A DNA stretch of 64,000 nucleotides, from assembly GCA_036378295.1 (NCBI GenBank), contig DASUWS010000232.1, forward strand, positions 10,387 through 74,386, given 5' to 3'. Both the position numbers and the translations under genes were made by a program. The stretch comes from Ktedonobacterales bacterium (lineage in GTDB: Bacteria > Chloroflexota > Ktedonobacteria > Ktedonobacterales > JADMIN01). The number at the start of each line of letters is the position of its first letter. Position 1 is the stretch's first letter. Below the pieces are notes generated by a model, which searched no databases, had not been told where the DNA came from, and saw only the letters and a program-made list of their open reading frames with translations. Shown here piece by piece: positions 55,562-62,286 of the stretch.

Positions 55562-56065
55562 ATGCGGGGATTTTACTGGCTAATCGACGGGATGCTGGCG
55601 GGCTGCGCGCGTCCCGGTAGCAGCGCGATCAGACGCGATGGCGCATTGGACGGCGACGACGCTCTGACAGCGCTGGATGCCGATCTGGCATGGCTGCGCG
55701 AGCGAGGCATCGGTGCCGTGCTGTCGATGACCGAGGCGCCACTCGCAACCGAAGCACTCGAACGCCACGGGCTGGAGTCACTCCACCTGCCCGTAGATGA
55801 TATGACCGCGCCCTCTCCCGAGCAGTTCGACCACGCCCTGCGCTTCATCGACTGGCAGCGGGTGCGCGGCAGGGCTGTGGTGGTGCATTGCAGGATGGGC
55901 CAGGGACGCACGGGCGTCGTATTGGCGGCATATCTCGTGCGGATGGGCGCGACGCCTGCCCAGGCACTCAGCCGGGTGCGGGCGATATGTCCGGGGGCGG
56001 TGAGCAGCCCAGAGCAAGAGCGGGCACTCGACGCCTTTGCGATCCGCCGCGACTGGATCGTTTGA
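55562..56065 (+). CDS. Dual-specificity (CX5R) phosphatase family protein
   Basis: The active-site P-loop is VVHCRMGQGRTG (HCxxGxxRT), and an upstream D lies in LPVDDMTAP. Confidence 0.8.
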   Translation: MRGFYWLIDGMLAGCARPGSSAIRRDGALDGDDALTALDADLAWLRERGIGAVLSMTEAPLATEALERHGLESLHLPVDDMTAPSPEQFDHALRFIDWQRVRGRAVVVHCRMGQGRTGVVLAAYLVRMGATPAQALSRVRAICPGAVSSPEQERALDAFAIRRDWIV

Positions 56066-56242
56066 CGAGACATCCTTCCCGGCTTCCGCTTCGCCTTGAC
56101 GCCTTGAAGCGCAGTGCAATATCAGATACCATGGCAACACACTTGCGACACACCGCATGCTGCATCGTACAATAATGGGCGATTCGGCAAAGCATTGAGC
56201 ATGAGGGGCTGCAACCACGAGGAAGTTGAGAAGTAGCGACTG

Positions 56243-57346
56243 ATGTACGCATCGATATTGGCGGGGGGCAGCGGGACGCGCCTCTGGCCCTTGAGCACCC
56301 AGCAAACCCCGAAACAGTTTCTCCGGCTGATGAGCGATCAGACGATGCTGCAGGAGACGGTCGAGCGGGTCGCGCCGTTCGTTGCGTCCGATCAGGTCTA
56401 CGTCGTGACGTTCGCGCAGTACCGCCAGGCTGTGGCCGAGCAGCTCCCTGCCTTGCCAGTCGATCATATTCTGGCGGAGCCTGTCGGGCGAGGCACCGCT
56501 GCCTCGATTGGCCTGGCCGCGACGCTCATTGCCGCCCGTGAACCCACTGCCATTATGGGCTCATTCCACGCCGACGCCGCGATTGCCGATGTCGCTGGCT
56601 TCCGCCACGCGCTGGCCTTTGCCGAGCAGGTGGCGCGTGAGGGCTATCTGGTGACGCTGGGCTGCACGCCCACCTACGCCGAGACCGGCTATGGCTACAT
56701 CCAGGCGGGCGCGCCGCTGGCCACCTGGCAAGGATTGGATGCCTACCATGTGAGCCGGTTCGTCGAGAAGCCGCAGCGCGCAGTGGCTGAGGAGTATCTG
56801 CGGGCAGGCAAGTACTCGTGGAATTCGGGCATCTTTGTCTGGCGCGTTGACCGCATCCTCGAGGAGATGCGCCGCTATGTCCCGCAGGTTGCCAGCGTGC
56901 TGGACGAGATCGGCGCCGCCGCACAGCAGACGGGTGGCCGAATGACGGCGGACGTAGAGCACGTGATGCAGCGGGCCTGGCCGCGATTGACGGAGAACGT
57001 GACCATTGACGTCGGCATCATGGAGCGCGCCGACCGCATCGCCGTTATCCCCGTCTCAGTCGGCTGGAATGATATCGGCAGTTGGGCGCAGGTCGCGACG
57101 CTGCATCCCCGGAATGACGCAGGCAATACCGTTGTGGGTCTGAGCCCTGAGCAGCATTTGAGCGTCCAGACGAGCGATACGCTGATTTTCAGCACGACGG
57201 GGCGGAAGATCGCAACAGCGGGCGTTGAGGGGCTGGTGATCGTGGATACCCCAGAGGGGGTGTTAGTCTGTGCCAAGGAACAGGTGCAGCTCGTGAAAGA
57301 CCTGGCTGAGCAGGCAAAGCAGGCACAGCAAAAGCCAGAAAGCTAG
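56243..57346 (+). CDS. manC: Mannose-1-phosphate guanylyltransferase (GDP-mannose pyrophosphorylase)
   Basis: Present are ILAGGSGTRLWPLS....PKQF, GYGYI, RFVEKP, WNSGIFVW and VGWNDIGSW. The size (367 aa) fits a ManC without a PMI domain. Confidence 0.88.
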   Translation: MYASILAGGSGTRLWPLSTQQTPKQFLRLMSDQTMLQETVERVAPFVASDQVYVVTFAQYRQAVAEQLPALPVDHILAEPVGRGTAASIGLAATLIAAREPTAIMGSFHADAAIADVAGFRHALAFAEQVAREGYLVTLGCTPTYAETGYGYIQAGAPLATWQGLDAYHVSRFVEKPQRAVAEEYLRAGKYSWNSGIFVWRVDRILEEMRRYVPQVASVLDEIGAAAQQTGGRMTADVEHVMQRAWPRLTENVTIDVGIMERADRIAVIPVSVGWNDIGSWAQVATLHPRNDAGNTVVGLSPEQHLSVQTSDTLIFSTTGRKIATAGVEGLVIVDTPEGVLVCAKEQVQLVKDLAEQAKQAQQKPES

Positions 57347-57516
57347 CTCAACGGCATATCTGATCAGCAGATGGGATATCTGTCTCAATAAGCGAAACGT
57401 GACCCAACAACCGCGCGGGCATCATGCTATACTGATGGGTACTGGGGCGACATCGCGGGATGTGATAGCGGGGCAGATCGCGTGGGCATCTGCGGTGAGA
57501 GGCGCGAAAGAATACC

Positions 57517-58266
57517 ATGGCCAGGTCCAGAGTGACGGCAACGAACCGACTTGCCAATATCATCGAAGTGATTGAACTGGGACGCCGCACGGGATTGCTT
57601 TCCACTGAACGGGACGCAAATGGTCTGGAAGAAGGCGAGATCTACTTCGTATCAGGGCACCCCATCTACGCCACCCTCGGTTCACTAGTTGGCCGTGACG
57701 CACTCAACGTGCTCGTGCGCTGGGGAGATTGCCGCTTCGCGTTTGAGACATCGGCGCCCCGCCCCATCCCGAATGTCTCCGGTGTCCTGCCTGCTATCGA
57801 CAGCAGCGGCGCACCGTATGGCGTCAGCACAGGCTACGAAGGCGGACAGCAATCTGAGCCGACCTCCCGGCCCCCGGCGTCTGCGCCCAATAGCGGTGCG
57901 AGTGGATCTGGCTGGGGCTATGGGAGTAGCTCGCCCAACATGATGCCTGGCGTGAACGCCAGCACACCGAACATGGGCAATTCCGGAATCTGGGGCTACT
58001 CTTCTCCACCTTCCCCGCCGGCAAGCTCTGGCTATCTTCCCAGACAACACCATCCCGCCGAGCAGCAAGTGCCCCGCCGCGCTCCGGATGTGCGCGACCT
58101 GCGGACGATTGTGGCTACCTATGGCCTCTCGCGCGGTCATCGCACGTTACTATTGCTGGCGAACGGGCAACATACCGTCGGAGACATGGCGCGCCTGTCG
58201 TCAAAGAGCATCGAAGAGGTGCTCCAACTGCTGAGTGACCTGCAGGGTTTTGGACTGATCTACTAG
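57517..58266 (+). CDS. DUF4388 domain protein with S/P/G-rich linker
   Basis: The N-terminus LANIIEVIELGRRTGLLSTER...GEIYFVSGHPIYATLGSLVGRDALNVLVRWGDCRFAFE is typical of DUF4388. A C-terminal helical module reads HTVGDMARLSSKSIEEVLQLLSDLQGFGLI. Confidence 0.7.
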   Translation: MARSRVTATNRLANIIEVIELGRRTGLLSTERDANGLEEGEIYFVSGHPIYATLGSLVGRDALNVLVRWGDCRFAFETSAPRPIPNVSGVLPAIDSSGAPYGVSTGYEGGQQSEPTSRPPASAPNSGASGSGWGYGSSSPNMMPGVNASTPNMGNSGIWGYSSPPSPPASSGYLPRQHHPAEQQVPRRAPDVRDLRTIVATYGLSRGHRTLLLLANGQHTVGDMARLSSKSIEEVLQLLSDLQGFGLIY

Positions 58267-58495
58267 ATGTAGATGGTTCAGTAGTTCGCAGCAATCAGAG
58301 AGCCGGGGATGGCGCTGCCTGGTATACTACCCGAAAGTACTGAAGATATCCCGATGGACCGGTTCCTGATGGCACCATTAGGTGTTCTTAACCATAACCC
58401 TCCATGGGCAGCGGTCTCCGAATACTTGTTTTTTTTCGCGATGGTTGAGACGTTCCGCGCGATATTATGGCCCGGTGAATTGAGGTGCTTCATTG

Positions 58496-60496
58496 ATGGC
58501 TCAGGCGAAAAAAGGTGCGCGACGACGGTTGCCACTTTCGGCACGGCTGACTTTGCTCGTGCTCTTTGCCGCACTCATTCCGCTGGCAGCGGTTGTCGGC
58601 ATCAACGATTATTTTGCGCGCGGAACCCTGCTGAACCAGGGCCACGCCGCACTCTCCACCGATGCCAACGCCAAAGCGACGCTCGTTCAGACCTATATCC
58701 GCGAGCGACTACTCGATGGTCAGGCGCTGGCATCACTGCCCACAGCAATATCGATGCTGGCATGTATTGACCTGCCCACGCCGCCACCAACGCTCGCCTG
58801 TGATACACAGGGCATCCTGTACAAAGAATCGTCACAGCGTGCGCTTGCCGTGGGCATGGTGCGCGACAGCAACTATACCCTGTGGAGCATCTACGACGCC
58901 GCTGGCCATATGCGGTTGACCTCCAACACTGATGTCCAGAAGAGCGCTCCGCCGCCAACGAAAGATGACCTCGATCAGGTGCTCAAGCAGGGCAAACAGC
59001 GCGTGTCTCAGGTTTATTATGATCCGGCGACGAGACACGCGTTTGTGCGGCTCTACACTCCCATCACCGCCCTTGATCCCGCCACGACCAGGCCGACAGG
59101 GCCAGCTCTGGGCTTCCTGCAGTCAACGATCAATCTCGACTACGTTTGGAATATCGTCAACGGGGAGCAGGGGCTGAATGGCACCGGTAGCTATGCCTTC
59201 ATGACCGATGAGAACGGCATCGTGATGGCTGATCCGAACCAGAATGACCTGTTCACCGCGGTGCTTCCGCTGGGTGCCGACACGCAGAACCAGATCACCA
59301 GTGAGAAGCGCTTCGGGACAACCAATCAAGTGCAGCAGCGTGTCTTGCCAGGCGTCCAGTCGTCGCTTGCCTCACAGAAATCAGAGGATACATTCGAGGG
59401 TATCGCGCAGCCCGGCGCCAGCGCACAGTATCAGTTCGTGCGGGTGCGGCTCAAGGAGGTGCCCTGGTCATATTTCGTGCTCAGCCCCGTCGCGACAGTG
59501 ACACGAGTGGCCGACGACCAGATTCGCACCTCGCTGCTCTCCGCCGCAGTCATTGCCATCGTGGCCATACTCATCGGTCTCTTTGTCGGCAACCGGACCA
59601 CACGCCCGGTTCGCGGATCGGTCGATGAGCTGCAAGGCGCCGCCGCCGCGCTGAAGGAGCTGGCCTCGCGCCAGGAAGGCTCCGCTGGCGAGCAGCACTG
59701 GGTGGTAGACGCCTGTCGCACTGGCCTGGAGAGTATCCGCTATCTCTCGGATGCGATGAATCAGGCTGCCCACCGCATCATCGACGCCAGCAACTGGTTC
59801 AATGACTACTGGGACCGTCTGACCGAAGATCAGGCGCGCCGCACGGTACAACATCTGACGGAGTTGGCACACTACATCGACGAAGCCGCGAGCCGGCAGC
59901 AGGCAAGCAACGACCGCATGGATAAGGCCATTACGGTGACACAGCAGGTGTCGGATCAGCTTGTCTCGGGCGCTTCGGCAGCGAATCGCAGCGCCAGCCA
60001 GCTTGAGCAGGTCGTGGATGATTTGCAGCATCTCGTGGGTGGCAGCCACCAGCCGAGCCAGATGCCGAGAGGGAACACACCCGGCGCTGGCATGCCTGGC
60101 GGGCGTTCGCAGCCAGTCGGGGCGCCATCCACTCGCCCCGGCGGGAGCCGCAGTCAGATGGGTGGCCAGATGGGTGGCCAGATGGGGCGGGCGCCGCAGG
60201 CTCCGGTTCATTTCGGCCAGATGGACCCCAGGGGGCCAACGAGCCAGCGAGGCGGGCCGCCTTCCCAGCGTGGTGGGCCACCATCCCAACGCGGGCCTGG
60301 TGCGCGTTCATTCCGTAATGCGCCCAGCCAATTTGGTCCGCCCGATGGTTATGGCAACGAGTATGGGCCAGGTGGACCACGCTCCAGAATGCAACCGGGC
60401 TATGGCAATGAGCATGGTCCGGGCGGTCCCCGCTCCAGGATACAGCCAGACGACCAGTGGGGCGCTCCCGCCGGCACGGGCTGGGATGATCGCTGA
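58496..60496 (+). CDS. Membrane sensor-like protein: N-terminal TM, Cache-like periplasmic domain, second TM, coiled-coil (MCP-like) region, G/P/Q-rich repetitive tail
   Basis: The TM helices are LTLLVLFAALIPLAAVV and LLSAAVIAIVAILIGLFVG. The extracytoplasmic region runs about 300 aa. The cytoplasmic heptad-rich segment lacks the conserved MCP hairpin. The tail carries GGQMGGQMG, SQRGGPP x2 and a 17-aa repeat, GYGNE(Y/H)GPGGPRSR(M/I)QP, x2. The ATG at 58496 lies 8 nt after GAGGTG. Confidence 0.6.
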   Translation: MAQAKKGARRRLPLSARLTLLVLFAALIPLAAVVGINDYFARGTLLNQGHAALSTDANAKATLVQTYIRERLLDGQALASLPTAISMLACIDLPTPPPTLACDTQGILYKESSQRALAVGMVRDSNYTLWSIYDAAGHMRLTSNTDVQKSAPPPTKDDLDQVLKQGKQRVSQVYYDPATRHAFVRLYTPITALDPATTRPTGPALGFLQSTINLDYVWNIVNGEQGLNGTGSYAFMTDENGIVMADPNQNDLFTAVLPLGADTQNQITSEKRFGTTNQVQQRVLPGVQSSLASQKSEDTFEGIAQPGASAQYQFVRVRLKEVPWSYFVLSPVATVTRVADDQIRTSLLSAAVIAIVAILIGLFVGNRTTRPVRGSVDELQGAAAALKELASRQEGSAGEQHWVVDACRTGLESIRYLSDAMNQAAHRIIDASNWFNDYWDRLTEDQARRTVQHLTELAHYIDEAASRQQASNDRMDKAITVTQQVSDQLVSGASAANRSASQLEQVVDDLQHLVGGSHQPSQMPRGNTPGAGMPGGRSQPVGAPSTRPGGSRSQMGGQMGGQMGRAPQAPVHFGQMDPRGPTSQRGGPPSQRGGPPSQRGPGARSFRNAPSQFGPPDGYGNEYGPGGPRSRMQPGYGNEHGPGGPRSRIQPDDQWGAPAGTGWDDR

Positions 60497-60524
60497 TCGC
60501 CAATCTTGCTCATCTCCGACCTCA

Positions 60525-60550
60525 CCCCCTCCCCCAGTACAGGGAGGGGG
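60525..60550. terminator. CCCCCTCCC/GGGAGGGGG hairpin + T-rich tract between convergent genes
   Basis: A 9-bp perfect stem with an 8-nt loop, followed by TTGTCTTTAGGCTTCTTTTG. Confidence 0.75.
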
Positions 60551-60571
60551 TTGTCTTTAGGCTTCTTTTGG

Positions 60572-62107
60572 CTACAGCCAGGTAGAAGGGAGGAAGAGTC
60601 TGCGCCGCAGATGCTCGTAGCGAAAGGATATCTTGCGCTCCTGGAGTTCCGGTGGAGGTGGCACGAGCGGCTGCTGCCAGTACCAGGGTCGAATGAAACG
60701 CTCGCCTTTGTCCGCGGCCTGAAGCGCCAGAAGCCACTCTTTACGCACCTCTGGGGAGTGTGCCGACGCTCCTGACCAGAGCAAGTGGAAGACATTCGCC
60801 GCGCGAATCATCTCCGAGAGTTGCCGCTCGTAGTTGACCCCAGCCTCTAACAAATCGTCGTGGTAGGAGATGATGCCCAGCTTCTCGTACGTTTCGCGGG
60901 CCTGGCGCATCGCCTCGCGGTCGCGGTGGCTGTAGGAGATGAAGACCGCATCGAAGGCGTTGCTGGTGACGGCAACTCCATGCGGAATATTCAGCGATAC
61001 GGTGGAGGCGCCGGAGCGAAACGAAAACGAGACGTCGATGGTGCAGATAGGCGAGACACGCTCGGCATAGATGTCGATCCAGCCGCGCTGTATTGTTCCA
61101 GCCAGATCCTGCGCTCCCGAGTAGCGGAAGAGCGAGCGGTGCCACTCCCCGCGCCAGATGAAGCTATCCTGCGCGGGCGAGAAGGTGACGCCCGCCATAT
61201 GAGGCTCGATGGTGAGCTCGACATTGCGGGCAATCTTGCGCAATGACTGCCCCAGCGCCACCACCGGCGCGCTGCCCAGCTCAGTAAATGTTCCGGCGTC
61301 CTGTTGCACCTGCACGAGCTGCGCTGGAAGGTGGGTGTAGACCAGCAACGTTTGTGGCGCCACCACTGGCGTCGCATTGGGATGATACGTGGAGAATTGC
61401 AGCGTTTCGGCCGCCGGTGATGGGCCACCGTATGCTCCCGGAGGCGCCGCAGGTTGCGCGCCCGATATGTCTGGCAGTCCGCCAGGAGCATGCGGAGGGG
61501 GTGCGGCTCGTGGCGCGGGCGGGGGTACAGCGCCTGGCGCGGGTGGTGGCGGGGGCGCGGCGGGTGGTGGTGCTGCTGGCTGCTCAGGGTAGGGCGCGGG
61601 TGGGGCAGGCGGCTCCGGGGGCTCTGGGGGCGCCGCTCGTGCCCGTTCTTCTTCTATGGCGGGCCAGTCATACTCTTCTACCTCTTCTACGGACGGCGCT
61701 TCCACACTCTCCGGTGCTGGTGGCGCTGGGAACTGGTCCGCGCGTGTGGGGGCGAAGATCATGGCGGCAAGTTGCTGTGGTGAGAGGTGTTCAGCGTTGA
61801 TGAACCGCCATTCGACCATCTCTAGTGAGAGCGATGTCTGCCGAATCGCCACGGCCATCAAAGCGGTATCCGCAAGCGACGAGGAATCCGCAAGCAGCCG
61901 GACCACTGATGGCGAGGTGAGCAGCTCAGGAGACACCAGCGTGATCACCATACTGTAGTGCGCAAGCGCATCAGTATCGAGCGCGAAGAACGTCACATTG
62001 TCGCGACGATCAAATACGAGATGCGGTACATAGATCTGTGCCGCCGTGATGAAGGACTCCGCGAATTGCTTATCCTGACTGGCATGGATGACCAGAACTC
62101 CCGCCAT
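60572..62107 (-). CDS. Two-TIR-domain protein: N-terminal degenerate TIR-like domain, proline-rich linker, beta-rich middle domain, C-terminal TIR_2 domain
   Basis: The C-terminal domain reads AVFISYSHRDREAMRQARETYEKLGIISYHDDLLEAGVNYERQLSEMIRAANVFHLLWSGASAHSPEVRKEW, which follows the TIR_2 pattern and keeps Glu at the catalytic position. The N-terminal domain reads VLVIHASQDKQFAESF...VITLVSPELLTSPSVVRLL, the same topology with Leu in place of the Glu. The linker is about 70 aa of P/A. GGGAGGG lies 6 nt upstream of the ATG at 62107. Confidence 0.75.
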   Translation of the reverse strand: MAGVLVIHASQDKQFAESFITAAQIYVPHLVFDRRDNVTFFALDTDALAHYSMVITLVSPELLTSPSVVRLLADSSSLADTALMAVAIRQTSLSLEMVEWRFINAEHLSPQQLAAMIFAPTRADQFPAPPAPESVEAPSVEEVEEYDWPAIEEERARAAPPEPPEPPAPPAPYPEQPAAPPPAAPPPPPAPGAVPPPAPRAAPPPHAPGGLPDISGAQPAAPPGAYGGPSPAAETLQFSTYHPNATPVVAPQTLLVYTHLPAQLVQVQQDAGTFTELGSAPVVALGQSLRKIARNVELTIEPHMAGVTFSPAQDSFIWRGEWHRSLFRYSGAQDLAGTIQRGWIDIYAERVSPICTIDVSFSFRSGASTVSLNIPHGVAVTSNAFDAVFISYSHRDREAMRQARETYEKLGIISYHDDLLEAGVNYERQLSEMIRAANVFHLLWSGASAHSPEVRKEWLLALQAADKGERFIRPWYWQQPLVPPPPELQERKISFRYEHLRRRLFLPSTWL

Positions 62108-62286
62108 GGGAACCCTCCCTTCGCACCGCTTCAGAGGCTCTTTAACTTCCAGGGACAAGCATGCGACGAGGTTGGAGCGGTGTCAAGGGCTGGCGAGTAT
62201 CCACGCCGAGCGCGCGATGCGACGGTGGACAGACCACGCGCCACTGCGTGATCAAGGCATTGTTATGCTCCTCCGCGTTGTGCCTC

